64,000 nucleotides of DNA, from positions 2,470-66,469 of the forward strand of contig JAJYGQ010000003.1 in NCBI GenBank assembly GCA_021785065.1, in the 5' to 3' direction. The stretch is from a bacterium (GTDB lineage Bacteria > Patescibacteriota > Minisyncoccia > Phycocordibacterales > JAKAEA01). Below the pieces are notes generated by a model. That model searched no databases, was not told the origin of the DNA, and worked only from the letters and a program-made list of their open reading frames with translations. Both the position numbers and the translations under genes were made by a program. Shown in pieces: positions 19,601 to 29,113 of the stretch. The stretch's first letter is position 1. Every line of letters starts with the position of its first letter.

Positions 19601-20165
19601 AAAAATGGAAAATGATCAGGAGAGTGTGCACCTTGAACGGTGGTCAGATGTTTCGGGAGGCGATCAAAAACTACTAACAGCAATGAACGCAACCAGAACG
19701 CTCGTGTCGCTGGCGCTTGAAAAACGGGCGGCGGCAGGGATAAAAATTCGCCAGCCACTCGGCGAGCTTTCAGTGAACGATTCGTTTGCCGCGGTGGCCG
19801 ACGACGAGGGCCTGGCCGAATTGGTGCGCGATGAAGTGAATGTGAAGAAAATTTTCAAAAACACGGAGCAAGCGGAGCCGGTTGTGCTGAATACAGCCAT
19901 CACACCTGAGCTCAAAAATGAAGGGATCGCTCGCGAGTTTATCCGCTCGATTCAAGATCTGCGCAAAAACGCTGGCTTGCGACCCAATCAAGAAATTACA
20001 CTTATCGTTGAAACTGCATCAGCCGGCCGAAAAATTATCGAAACACATGCTGCGGATATTCGCCAGGTAATCCGCGCCAAGAAAATTCTCTTCAAAATCG
20101 CAGAATCCGCGACGAATGAATTTTCTATTGATGATTTTGTTTTTAAAGTACGTTGGGAATTGTAA
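16662..20165 (+). CDS. ileS: Isoleucine--tRNA ligase (type 2) with an internal histidine-phosphatase domain
   Basis: FYDGPPFATGEPHYGH, GWDCHGLP, WTTTPWTLP, GTGVVH, KMSKR; insert LMRHGQ..SSPFERT.QTA..VVSH at ~18200-18730. Confidence 0.95.
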   Translation: MAQSDEQDKKTIKSPIAEREEATLAFWRERDIFQKTLDKKSLVKDGKEWEFIFYDGPPFATGEPHYGHILAGTIKDVIPRYKTMCGFHVPRRWGWDCHGLPIENLIEKELGLSTRKDIEMYGIEKFNAAARASVLRYDTLWKEIIPRTGRFVDMDHSYVTMDWRYTESIWWSFSELNKKELVYQGFKPMHLCPRCETTLSNFEVGLNYKEVTDISVYVKFELVDEPGTFLLAWTTTPWTLPGNVALAVNPKIKYVRVKIETEKGTTLAIVANERLSAIKETYTIEEEFSGKKIVGKKYKPVFPYYENAAEIEHKENFYTVQAADFVTTEDGTGVVHIAPGFGEDDYNLSQTAGLPFIQHVGVDGRFKKEVTDFAGQQVKPRPTAEEPNAHQRADVEIIKYLAAHGALFAKEKITHSYPHCWRCDTPLLNYATSSWFVKVADIKKKLVAENKKVRWVPEEIGQGRFGMWLENARDWAVSRSRFWGAPLPVWRCEECGTFEFIDSVKTLSEKLKRNEYFLMRHGQAESNVANVIVADEKAEDPLTAEGEQQAADAAKKFSETLAGKKIDAIFSSPFERTHQTAEIVARELGFEGKIEIDERLRELGAFAFEGESREKRNEAYREGRVPSNDETQTHEEKRIAEFFHDIDARFKGKTILVVSHAAPLAAALRLVEPLGEKSVGFMDNAEIRPLPFVALPHDAHFNLDLHRPYIDAVEFACSKENCRGTMKRVPDVFDTWYESGSMPFASIHFPFEQKSSKKPPRFPADFIAEGQDQTRGWFYTLLILNTALFGHAPYKNVVVNGIILAEDGQKMSKRLKNYPDIRFVLDKYGADALRYYLLSSPVVEAEDLAFSEKGLDEVVKKVINRLDNVYAFYALYADKNIAPSANSPHVLDRWILAALSNMLGEVTGELDNYRLDAAARPFAQFVDDLSTWYIRRSRDRFKNTDTARDAIATTRFVLRELAKGLAPFMPFLAEDLYQKVKMENDQESVHLERWSDVSGGDQKLLTAMNATRTLVSLALEKRAAAGIKIRQPLGELSVNDSFAAVADDEGLAELVRDEVNVKKIFKNTEQAEPVVLNTAITPELKNEGIAREFIRSIQDLRKNAGLRPNQEITLIVETASAGRKIIETHAADIRQVIRAKKILFKIAESATNEFSIDDFVFKVRWEL

Positions 20166-20755
20166 TGTCGCACCACATCTACACAACTCCGGCGGTGGTT
20201 CTCGCGAGCACACCTGCTCGCGAGGCGGATCGACGTTACACGCTCCTCACCGAACAATTCGGGATTATTTGGGCGAATGCACTTGGCGTTCGACGAAACA
20301 CTTCAAAATTGCGCTACGCGCTTCAAGATTTCTCGATGCTCTCGGTGTCGCTCGTACGGGGGAGAGAATACTGGCGTATCACCAATGCTCGTGCCGATCA
20401 AAATATATACTGGCGTCAACAAACCAATCAACAGCTTTTAGAAACGGTTGCTCGTATTTTTCGTCTGCTTACTCGCCTCGTACCAGGAGAAGAAAAAAAC
20501 GAGCAGCTCTACCAAGAGGTAGTAAATGCATTAGATTTTGTAAACAGCTGCAACCTTTCGGGTGACGATGTTGTCGCATTTGAACACATTATTGTTTTAA
20601 GAATTTTACGTGACCTCGGCTATAATTCAGCGTCCCATGAATTAATTCAATTTCTTAGTAGTCCCTGGAGCGCACATCTCATTACTGAAGCTTGTGATAA
20701 TCGAAAAAAAATTGTTACAGCAATTAATTTTTCCTTACAGCAATCACAACTGTAA
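20165..20755 (+). CDS. recO: DNA repair protein RecO (short form)
   Basis: EADR..TLLT..FG.I.A.A.GVR...SKLRYALQ OB-fold motif. Confidence 0.8.
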   Translation: MSHHIYTTPAVVLASTPAREADRRYTLLTEQFGIIWANALGVRRNTSKLRYALQDFSMLSVSLVRGREYWRITNARADQNIYWRQQTNQQLLETVARIFRLLTRLVPGEEKNEQLYQEVVNALDFVNSCNLSGDDVVAFEHIIVLRILRDLGYNSASHELIQFLSSPWSAHLITEACDNRKKIVTAINFSLQQSQL

Positions 20756-20831
20756 ATTATACCCTTGATAAAAGTCTCTTATTGAAGTACACTACATCTA
20801 GATATAGAAATGATAGCTCCTTTTCTCTCCG

Positions 20832-20867
20832 TCCCCGACTACATACGTTGTGTAGTCGGGGATTTTT
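20832..20867 (+). terminator. Intrinsic terminator
   Basis: TCCCCGACTACATA-CGT-TGTGTAGTCGGGGA followed by TTTTT. Confidence 0.8.
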
Positions 20868-20920
20868 ATTGTGTGTAATACCCCGTGCGTCCTTAGGGAA
20901 GAGCGTGTATACTTTTAACA

Positions 20921-22840
20921 ATGGCTGCATCAAAACCAGATTTTGACGGTTTAGAAAAACTTGGTCATAAGATTTATGATCGAGATTTTCCTGCTATTTC
21001 AAATTTTGCAAAACCTAAATTGCCGGATAATGCAAACAGCGCGCCAAAACGGTGGGACGATACAGAAAAACTCTTTGCCGATTCTACAAGCACCCAAGGC
21101 GGCCGTCGATTTCCCCTCAAGGCTGTTTTTATTGGGTCGATCATATTTTTTTTACTGTGTGTTGCCGTTGCGGGAGTAATTATCTATCGTGGTTTAAATA
21201 CAGTTTCAAATAGTAATGTTGACTTGTCATTTCTCGGTCCGGTGACTATTGCCGCCGGTACGCCACTTAATTTTTCAGTTGTTATAAAAAATAACAATCA
21301 AATTTCGCTCCAAAATACACAACTGTATTTAAGTTTTCCGAATGGTACGGTTGAGGCTTCACATACATCAGTACCGCTGCTCCACGAATCCGATGTCTTA
21401 GGAACGGTCGCATCGGGAACTTCGGTGACGCACGATGTACAGGCTGTAATTTATGGGGCTGAGCACGCTACCGAACAAATTACTGCAACGATTCAATACT
21501 CTCTTCCCAACAGTAATGCGCTTTATCAAAAAAAGGAAATATACACTATTGGCATTAGTTCCGCGCCACTTACGATGAGTGTTAATGCTCCCAACCAAAC
21601 ACCGCCGGGTGCCCCTGTTCATTTTGTACTGACGCTCGGTGCCAACTCAAGCAATCCGCCTGCTAATGTGTTAGTAACGGCGCGATATCCCTTTGGCTTT
21701 CAATTTGCAAGTTCTACACCAGCGCCAATATACGATAATTCAGAATGGTTGTTTCCCAGTATTTCAGCTAGCAGTACGCGAACCATTATTATTACGGGCT
21801 ACTTGCAAGGTCAAGAAAATGACCAAGAAACAACGCAATTTCTTGTTGGCACGCAAAGTCAAACTGACCCTAAGAAGCTCGACGTAATTTATCTTGCTCA
21901 AAATCAAACGCTCACGATTCAACAGTCGCCCATTGCACTTAACCTCGCTGTGGGTATTACGAGCGGTCAAAATATTGTCGTTCAACCTGGTATTTCAAAC
22001 GGCACGCTTACGATTACTAATAATTTACCTGTTGATTTGTTGAATGCTGAAACCACGCTAACGTTGAACGGTAATGCTCTCGATCCCACAAGTGTGAGCG
22101 CTGGTCAGAATGGTATCTATCGAGAACCCACGCAAGCTATTACCTGGGATCGTCTCTCGGATCCTGGCCTCGGCACCTTGAGCCCTGGACAATCAGTAAC
22201 GCTCAACTTTAATTTTTCAACGTTGCCAGCAAATGTTCTTGCTAACTTAGCAAATGGTGCAATTACTTTGAATGCCAATGTAACTGGTCAAGAATTTGGT
22301 GCCGCGCCGAATGCTGCTCCTATTTCTTCAACGTCTACTGTTACTGCGCGATTAGTATCAGCGGTCAATATACTGGCGCATGCTGTCTACTCTACTGGAC
22401 CGTTTTCTAATACTGGACCCGTACCACCTCGTGCTGATATGCCAACCACCTACACGATTCTCTGGACATTAACCAATAGTTCAAATACAGTGTTGGGGGA
22501 CACGGTTACTGCCACTTTGCCGCCGTACGTAAAATGGCTCAATAACATAAATCCCAGCACTGCCGCGGTAACATTCGATACTAATTCAAATACCATTACC
22601 TGGAATCCGGGGACGCTGCCGGCGGGTGGCGCGGCTCCTGTTGCCTCGGTGGCGTTTCAAGTTGAAGTCGATCCGACTATTGATCAGATAGGATCGGCGG
22701 CGCCCATCGTCAACAATATTTCATTTAGTGGCACAGACGGATTCGTTAATGTTCCAGTCTCGGCATCTGCCGGATCATTGACGACCGATATCTCTACCGA
22801 TCCGACGTACGGTTCGCAGAATGGTTTTGTCACCCAATAA
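20921..22840 (+). CDS. Membrane-anchored protein with several Ig-like/DUF11-like beta-sandwich domains
   Basis: Single TM near residue 70-90, then S/T/N-rich beta-strand repeats (TYTILWTLTN, ITWNPGTL). Confidence 0.7.
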   Translation: MAASKPDFDGLEKLGHKIYDRDFPAISNFAKPKLPDNANSAPKRWDDTEKLFADSTSTQGGRRFPLKAVFIGSIIFFLLCVAVAGVIIYRGLNTVSNSNVDLSFLGPVTIAAGTPLNFSVVIKNNNQISLQNTQLYLSFPNGTVEASHTSVPLLHESDVLGTVASGTSVTHDVQAVIYGAEHATEQITATIQYSLPNSNALYQKKEIYTIGISSAPLTMSVNAPNQTPPGAPVHFVLTLGANSSNPPANVLVTARYPFGFQFASSTPAPIYDNSEWLFPSISASSTRTIIITGYLQGQENDQETTQFLVGTQSQTDPKKLDVIYLAQNQTLTIQQSPIALNLAVGITSGQNIVVQPGISNGTLTITNNLPVDLLNAETTLTLNGNALDPTSVSAGQNGIYREPTQAITWDRLSDPGLGTLSPGQSVTLNFNFSTLPANVLANLANGAITLNANVTGQEFGAAPNAAPISSTSTVTARLVSAVNILAHAVYSTGPFSNTGPVPPRADMPTTYTILWTLTNSSNTVLGDTVTATLPPYVKWLNNINPSTAAVTFDTNSNTITWNPGTLPAGGAAPVASVAFQVEVDPTIDQIGSAAPIVNNISFSGTDGFVNVPVSASAGSLTTDISTDPTYGSQNGFVTQ

Positions 22841-22852
22841 TCACAATATTTT

Positions 22853-24172
22853 ATGGCACAAGAAAACAATATGGAAAAAGTTATTTCGCTGGCCAAGCGG
22901 CGCGGCTTCATCTATCAGGGGTCGGAAATTTATGGCGGCCTAGCCGGTACCTGGGATTACGGCCCACTTGGTGTAGCGTTGAAAAATAACTTAAAGACGC
23001 TCTGGTGGCAGATGTTTGTGGAAGAGCGCGAAGATATGTACGGCGTCGACGCGGCGATTTTGATGAATCAAAATGTGTGGAAGGCGAGCGGTCACGTTGG
23101 TGGTTTTTCCGATCCGCTGGTGGAGTGTTCTAAATGTCACCATCGTTTTCGGGCTGACCATTTGACCGATTTGAAAAAGTGTCCCGATTGCGGTGGGGCG
23201 CTTGGTGATGTTCGCCAATTTAATATGATGTTCAAGACGCACGTGGGGGCGGCCGAAGATGAAGGGGCGGTTTCGTATCTGCGACCGGAAACGGCGCAGG
23301 GTATGTTTGTGAATTTTAAAAATATCATCGATTCATTTCATCCCACCCTGCCGTTTGGTTTGGCGCAAATTGGCAAAGCGTTTCGTAATGAAATTGCGCC
23401 GCGCGATTTTCTGTTCCGGGCGCGCGAATTTGAGCAAATGGAAATTGAATATTTTGTGCGGCCGAATGATTGGGAGCGGTTTTTTGAGGAATTTCGCCAG
23501 CTTATGTGGCAGTGGGTGGAGCGTATTGGCCTACGGCGCGATCGTGTGTATGAGCTTGAGGTGTCGGCTGAAGATCGGGCTCACTATTCGAAGCGCACGA
23601 TTGATTTTGAATTTGAGTATCCGTTTGGGCGCAAGGAGCTCTATGGTTTGGCGTATCGCACCGACTACGACTTAGGCGCGCATCAAAAGGGGAGCGGTGC
23701 TTCGCTTGAATATTTTGATGAAGCGACGAAGGAAAAATTCGTGCCGCATGTTATCGAGCCATCGCTTGGCGTGGATCGCACAGTGCTCGCGATTTTAACT
23801 GATGCCTATACGGAAGACGAGCTCGGCGGCGAGCCGCGCAGTTTTTTGAAACTTTCGCCCGCCATCGCGCCGGTGACCGTTGCGGTATTTCCGCTTTTGA
23901 AAAATAAACCGCCGTTGGTAGAGAAGGCGAGGGAAGTATACGCGCTCTTGCGCGAAGCAAAAAAAACTGCCGGCGGCCGCGCTCGCATTGCTTTCGATGA
24001 TAACGGCAATATCGGCAAGCGTTACCGCCGCCAAGACGAAATTGGCACGCCGTGGTGCGTCACAATTGATTTTCAAACGCTTGAGGATGAAACGGTCACG
24101 CTACGCGACCGCGACAGTGGTAATCAAGAACGCCTGAAAATTTCCGAACTTTCTGGTAGACTCTTGGGATGA
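22853..24172 (+). CDS. glyQS: Glycine--tRNA ligase (alpha2 type)
   Basis: LAKRRGF, YLRPETAQG, QIGKAFRNEI, REFEQMEIEYF, IEPSLGVDR, GKRYRRQDEIGTP. Confidence 0.95.
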   Translation: MAQENNMEKVISLAKRRGFIYQGSEIYGGLAGTWDYGPLGVALKNNLKTLWWQMFVEEREDMYGVDAAILMNQNVWKASGHVGGFSDPLVECSKCHHRFRADHLTDLKKCPDCGGALGDVRQFNMMFKTHVGAAEDEGAVSYLRPETAQGMFVNFKNIIDSFHPTLPFGLAQIGKAFRNEIAPRDFLFRAREFEQMEIEYFVRPNDWERFFEEFRQLMWQWVERIGLRRDRVYELEVSAEDRAHYSKRTIDFEFEYPFGRKELYGLAYRTDYDLGAHQKGSGASLEYFDEATKEKFVPHVIEPSLGVDRTVLAILTDAYTEDELGGEPRSFLKLSPAIAPVTVAVFPLLKNKPPLVEKAREVYALLREAKKTAGGRARIAFDDNGNIGKRYRRQDEIGTPWCVTIDFQTLEDETVTLRDRDSGNQERLKISELSGRLLG

Positions 24173-25437
24173 CATTCAAACGAACAATTTTGCCAAGTGG
24201 CTTGCGGATTATTACCGTGCCGATTGCCGATGCTCCAACGGTAACGGTGTTAACAATGGTTGAGACTGGCTCGAAATACGAAAATAAAAAAACGAGCGGT
24301 CTCTCGCATTTTCTGGAGCATATGTGTTTCAAAGGGACTACGAAGCGACCGACGGCCAAAGATATTTCGCTCGAGCTCGACGCGCTCGGGGCTCAGTACA
24401 ATGCCTTTACTTCTGATGAGTACACGGGCTACTGGGCAAAAGCGGCGCGTGATCACGTGGCGACGCTCGTTGATGTGGTGAGCGACATTTATCTTAATTC
24501 AACATTTCCCGCCGCTGAGATTGAAAAAGAAAAAGGGGTGATCGTGGAAGAGCTCAATATGTACCGCGACATTCCGCAGCGACACGTCCAGGAGCTCTTT
24601 ATGAAAGTGCTCTATGGTGATCAGCCGGCGGGTTGGAGTATTGTGGGCACGAAAGAAACAGTGCGGTCCTTTACCCAGAATGATTTTGTGCGTTACCACG
24701 GCGAACATTATGTAGCAAAGGCGACCACAGTTATTGTGGCGGGTGGTTTTTCGGAGCGGCAGGTGCTCGGGCAGCTCAAAAAAGTATTTAGTGGAATGAG
24801 TCGGGCGAAGAAGAGCACTAAACTGCCGGTTAAAGAAATGCAGAAAGCGCCGGCCGTGCTTGTTGAGCGGCGCCCAACTGATCAAAGTCATATTGTTATT
24901 GGTGTTCGCGCCTACAAAGCGGGGCACAAACATCAAATTGCCACTGAAATGCTCGCGGCAATTTTAGGCAGTGGTATGAGTTCGCGACTTTTTCAGCGGC
25001 TGCGTGAGGAGATGGGGATTGGCTATTACGTTCGAGCGGGCTACGACGCTATGACTGACCACGGTATTCTTGCGGTGTCGCTTGGCTGTGATGTGAAGCG
25101 GGTGGATGAAGCAATTGGGGCAATTTTAGCTGAATTTACTCGGCTCAAAGATGAGCTGGTGAGTGCTGAAGAATTAGCCAAGACCAAACAGCATGTTGCT
25201 GGAGGGATGCTTCTAGATTTAGAAACGTCCGATCGCATTGCCGAGTTTTACGCCCATCAGGAAATTCTGCGCCGGCCGTTGCTCAAACCTCAGCAGATTA
25301 TCGAGAAGGTACATAAAGTGACTGCGGCCGAAATCCGCCGTGTGGCTAATGACCTTTTTGTTGATGCTAAACTTAATTTTGCTGGCGTCGGGCCGCTCGC
25401 TGAAGACCGCGTGCTTAAGGATCGCTTTCATTTTTAA
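24169..25437 (+). CDS. M16 family zinc peptidase
   Basis: GLSHFLEHMCFKGT inverted zincin, NAFTS, GSGMSSRLFQRLRE. Confidence 0.92.
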   Translation: MTFKRTILPSGLRIITVPIADAPTVTVLTMVETGSKYENKKTSGLSHFLEHMCFKGTTKRPTAKDISLELDALGAQYNAFTSDEYTGYWAKAARDHVATLVDVVSDIYLNSTFPAAEIEKEKGVIVEELNMYRDIPQRHVQELFMKVLYGDQPAGWSIVGTKETVRSFTQNDFVRYHGEHYVAKATTVIVAGGFSERQVLGQLKKVFSGMSRAKKSTKLPVKEMQKAPAVLVERRPTDQSHIVIGVRAYKAGHKHQIATEMLAAILGSGMSSRLFQRLREEMGIGYYVRAGYDAMTDHGILAVSLGCDVKRVDEAIGAILAEFTRLKDELVSAEELAKTKQHVAGGMLLDLETSDRIAEFYAHQEILRRPLLKPQQIIEKVHKVTAAEIRRVANDLFVDAKLNFAGVGPLAEDRVLKDRFHF

Positions 25438-25441
25438 TTTG

Positions 25442-26950
25442 ATGACTGTCGCTCAATCTAAAAAAAAGTTTTATATCACCACGACGTTGCCCTACGTCAA
25501 CGCCGAGCCGCACATTGGTCATGCCGTAGAGCTGGTTCGCGCTGACACCGTGGCGCGTTTTCGAAAAGCCTGCGGCGATGAAGTGTTTTTTAACACCGGC
25601 ACCGATGAGCACGGCCTTAAAATTTATCAAGGGGCCGAAAAAGCAGGGCAGACGCCGGAAGAATACATCAAGCCGCATGTGCAGAAATTCAGAGATCTGA
25701 TTGCGGCGCTTGGTATCGATTCGGAAATAGTACATTTTACACGAACTACTGATCCGCATCACGTTGCCGCGGCGCAAGAATTTTGGCGACGATGTAAAGC
25801 CAATGGCGACATTTCTTTGAAGCAGCACAAAATAAAATATTGCGTCGGCTGTGAGCTCGAGAAAACAGATTCAGAACTTGTCGACGGTCACTGTCCACTC
25901 CATCCGAATCTAAAAATAGAAATCATAGATGAAGAAAATTACTTTTTTAATTTCAAAAAATATAAAGAGCGGCTGCTCGAACTCTATAGTCGATCGGAAC
26001 AGTTTGTAATTCCCGCGACGCGTCTCGTCGAGATCAAAACGTTCATCGAGCGCGGGCCGGAAGATTTCAGCATTTCTCGTTTGGCGGCGAAAATGCCGTG
26101 GGGCGTGCCGGTGCCCGATGATCCGCGGCATGTCATGTATGTCTGGTTTGAGGCTCTGGTAAGCTATATTTCTGCGCTTGGCTGGCCAGAAGATGAAAAA
26201 AAATTTGCCGAATTTTGGCAAGAGGGCACGCCAGTGCAATACTGCGGCAAGGATAATTTGCGCCAACAGGCGGCGATTTGGCAGGCCATGCTTATGTCGG
26301 CAGGTTTGCCGACGAGTCACCGTATTGTTATTGATGGATTCGTCACTGCCGCCGGTGGTGTCAAAATGTCAAAATCGCTTGGCAATACGGTGAGTCCGTT
26401 CGATATCGTTGCTGAATATGGCACCGATGCATTGCGCTATTTTGTTTTGGCCGAGCTTAGTCCCTTTGAAGACAGCCCGTTTACGCCGGAGCTTTTTAAA
26501 ACTGTGTACAATGCCAAACTTGCCAATGGTCTCGGCAATTTAGTAAATCGAGTGATGAAGATGGCAACGACGAATGATGTCGCGCTGTCACAAGAAGAAC
26601 TTGCCAATAATGAATTTTCTCACAGCGATACTGCGCTCATTGATGCTGTAGTACACGCCGGCCTCCATAATTATGCGTCAGATTTTGAAAAGTTTTCTCT
26701 ACAAGATGTTTGCTCAGCTATATGGGAACTGATACGTATGGATGATGAAATGATCCAGAATAAAAAACCTTTCGCGCTTATTAAGACTGATCCAGAGCAA
26801 GCTAGGAGTGTTATTGTGATACTTCTGCGACATCTTTTAAGAATTGGCAAAATACTCGAGCCGATTATGCCGGAGACGGCGGCGAAAATTCAGGGGCTGG
26901 TGCGCGAAAACAGGATGCCGGTGACCCCGCTTTTCCTGCGCAAAGAATAA
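25442..26950 (+). CDS. metG: Methionine--tRNA ligase (short form)
   Basis: FYITTTLPYVNAEPHIGH, GTDEHG, YVWFEAL, KMSKSLGN. Confidence 0.95.
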   Translation: MTVAQSKKKFYITTTLPYVNAEPHIGHAVELVRADTVARFRKACGDEVFFNTGTDEHGLKIYQGAEKAGQTPEEYIKPHVQKFRDLIAALGIDSEIVHFTRTTDPHHVAAAQEFWRRCKANGDISLKQHKIKYCVGCELEKTDSELVDGHCPLHPNLKIEIIDEENYFFNFKKYKERLLELYSRSEQFVIPATRLVEIKTFIERGPEDFSISRLAAKMPWGVPVPDDPRHVMYVWFEALVSYISALGWPEDEKKFAEFWQEGTPVQYCGKDNLRQQAAIWQAMLMSAGLPTSHRIVIDGFVTAAGGVKMSKSLGNTVSPFDIVAEYGTDALRYFVLAELSPFEDSPFTPELFKTVYNAKLANGLGNLVNRVMKMATTNDVALSQEELANNEFSHSDTALIDAVVHAGLHNYASDFEKFSLQDVCSAIWELIRMDDEMIQNKKPFALIKTDPEQARSVIVILLRHLLRIGKILEPIMPETAAKIQGLVRENRMPVTPLFLRKE

Positions 26951-26956
26951 TTGTGT

Positions 26957-27751
26957 ATGAAGCCCGACGACATTCGTTACTTTGACGTTCATTCGCATTT
27001 AAATTTTCCGCAGTTTGAGGCGGATAGGGAAGCGATTATTACCGAGATGGCCGCCGAGAAAATCGCTACGATTACGGTGGGAACGGGGTTAGCAACGTCG
27101 CGAGAAGCTGTTGTGTTGGCCGAGCGACACGAACATTTGTTTGCAGCAGTGGGCATTCATCCTCTCGAGGCGAAGCACTGGGCCGAAGAGCTCACGGGAC
27201 TCGCTGGGCACGAAAGGGTAGTAGCTATTGGTGAGTGCGGTTTGGATTATAGTCGAACGCTTACGAAAGATGACCAAAAGCTACAACGCAACATTTTCGA
27301 ACAGCATATCGATTTAGCTAGTGCGCTTGATAAACCACTTATTATTCATTGTCGTGATGCGTACGACGATGCTTTGGATATTCTACGTACGAAGCAGCAG
27401 GAGGTAGGCGAGCGGATGCGTGGCGACTTTCATTTTTTTACTTCACCGGTGGATACTGCAAAAAAGTGTTTAGATATAGGATTCAATCTTTCTTTTACCG
27501 GACCGATTACATTTACGAGCCAATATGATGAAGTGGTCAGGTATGTACCGCTTGAGCGAATGATGATAGAAACTGATGCGCCGTATGCGGCGCCGCGTAG
27601 TCATCGCGGCCAACGCAATAGTCCGCTCTATGTTGGTGAAGTCGCGGCAAAAATTTCCGCCCTAAAAGGAGTTGACCTTGACATTGTCGAAAAAACTCTG
27701 GTCAAAAATGCTTTTGAACTTTTTTTGAGAAAAAATGTGGCAAAATTTTAA
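26957..27751 (+). CDS. tatD: TatD-family hydrolase
   Basis: DVHSHL, GIHP, IGECGLDY, IHCRDA, ETDAPY. Confidence 0.92.
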   Translation: MKPDDIRYFDVHSHLNFPQFEADREAIITEMAAEKIATITVGTGLATSREAVVLAERHEHLFAAVGIHPLEAKHWAEELTGLAGHERVVAIGECGLDYSRTLTKDDQKLQRNIFEQHIDLASALDKPLIIHCRDAYDDALDILRTKQQEVGERMRGDFHFFTSPVDTAKKCLDIGFNLSFTGPITFTSQYDEVVRYVPLERMMIETDAPYAAPRSHRGQRNSPLYVGEVAAKISALKGVDLDIVEKTLVKNAFELFLRKNVAKF

Positions 27752-27837
27752 CCCTAGTCTGCTATATTCGAGGCTTGGTACGGAGGTATATTTTCCTGTT
27801 GCACTTGTAAGCCGCTTGTGGTACCCTGGTGGCTACT

Positions 27838-28335
27838 ATGGCAACAGAACAAATGTCTGATACCAATAATAAAAAAATCTACGAACTCGGCTATCTTTTA
27901 GTCCCTACACTTACTGAAGAGCAAGTTCCTGCAGAAGTAGAGACAATAAAGGCAATACTTAAAAAGGCCGAAGTAGAGGTCATCTCTGAGGATTCTCCTA
28001 AGCTTATTCCTTTGGCATACCAGATGGTGCATGGCACGTCAGGTCAAAAGAAGAAGTTCGATAAGGCTTATTTTGGCTGGATTAAATTCCAAGGCCAAGC
28101 CGCTGCCGCTGAATTTATCAAGCAGAAATGCGATATATATGAGCATTTTCTACGTTTTATGATTATTAAAACGGTTAAAGATGAGCCGCAATCTTCGCCG
28201 CGTGTAAGCTTAAAAACCGTTGTAGCTAGCAGCCCTGTTGCTCGACCGGAATCAACCGAAACTTCTCCTGAAGCCTCTAAACAATCTGTTGATGAAGCTG
28301 AACTTGAAAAAACTCTTGAAAGCATTGTTGCCTAA
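27838..28335 (+). CDS. rpsF: 30S ribosomal protein bS6 with acidic C-terminal extension
   Basis: YELGYLLVP, LAY, LRFMIIK; first gene of rpsF-ssb-rpsR. Confidence 0.85.
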   Translation: MATEQMSDTNNKKIYELGYLLVPTLTEEQVPAEVETIKAILKKAEVEVISEDSPKLIPLAYQMVHGTSGQKKKFDKAYFGWIKFQGQAAAAEFIKQKCDIYEHFLRFMIIKTVKDEPQSSPRVSLKTVVASSPVARPESTETSPEASKQSVDEAELEKTLESIVA

Positions 28336-28396
28336 ATACCGATTTGCTGTCGCTTTTTTTCTCTCAAAATTATATTATTCATAACTTTGTTCGCCT

Positions 28397-28867
28397 ATGT
28401 ATCTCAATAAAGCATTTCTCATCGGTAACTTGACGCGGGATCCAGAATTACGCTCACTTCCTTCTGGAGTTCAAGTTGCGAGTTTTAGTGTTGCTACCAA
28501 CCGTGTTTTTAAGGATAAAAACGGTGCTCGCCAAGAGGCGACTGACTTTCATAACGTGGTAGTCTTTGGTCGCCAGGCTGAAACGGTCGCTCAGTATCTT
28601 AAAAAAGGCTCGTCGGTACTTGTTGAGGGTCGTATTCAAACTCGTTCCTGGGATGCTCAGGATGGTCAGAAAAAATACCGCACCGAGATTGTTGCTGATC
28701 GAGTGCAATTTGGTCCACGCTCGGGTGCCGCGAGTGGTAATCGGGGTGGGGAAGCAAATACCACATCATCAGATGCCGCCAACGCTGCTCCTGTTGACAA
28801 AGCGGCCGGAGTTGATACTATTGAGTACCCATCAGAAGAAATTAATCCCGACGATATTCCATTTTAA
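28397..28867 (+). CDS. ssb: Single-stranded DNA-binding protein
   Basis: LNKAFLIGNLTRDPELR, VEGRIQTRSW, DDIPF tail. Confidence 0.97.
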   Translation: MYLNKAFLIGNLTRDPELRSLPSGVQVASFSVATNRVFKDKNGARQEATDFHNVVVFGRQAETVAQYLKKGSSVLVEGRIQTRSWDAQDGQKKYRTEIVADRVQFGPRSGAASGNRGGEANTTSSDAANAAPVDKAAGVDTIEYPSEEINPDDIPF

Positions 28868-28870
28868 ATT

Positions 28871-29077
28871 ATGTCAAAAAAACAATCTTATTTTTCGCAA
28901 AATAATATTAAACACGTCGATTATAAAGACATTGAGCTTCTTAAGAAGTTTTTAAATCCGCATGCCCGTATCCTCAGCGGCGACCGCACTGGTGTGAGCG
29001 CAAAAGATCAGCGAAAATTAAGATCTGCCGTTAAACAAGCCCGTTTCCTCGGTCTGTTGCCCTACGTTTCTCGTTAA
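28871..29077 (+). CDS. rpsR: 30S ribosomal protein bS18 (Cys-free form)
   Basis: DYKDIELLKKF, RTGVSAKDQR, AVKQARFLGLLPY. Confidence 0.92.
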   Translation: MSKKQSYFSQNNIKHVDYKDIELLKKFLNPHARILSGDRTGVSAKDQRKLRSAVKQARFLGLLPYVSR

Positions 29078-29113
29078 ATTCTAGCGGCGTATCCGGCGCC
29101 GATATATGTTGGA

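Noticed and set aside
27770-27837. Possible S6:S18 autoregulatory leader before rpsF
   Set aside because: Weak stems and a CCC/CCG motif are present, but I could not match the consensus by eye; needs a covariance search
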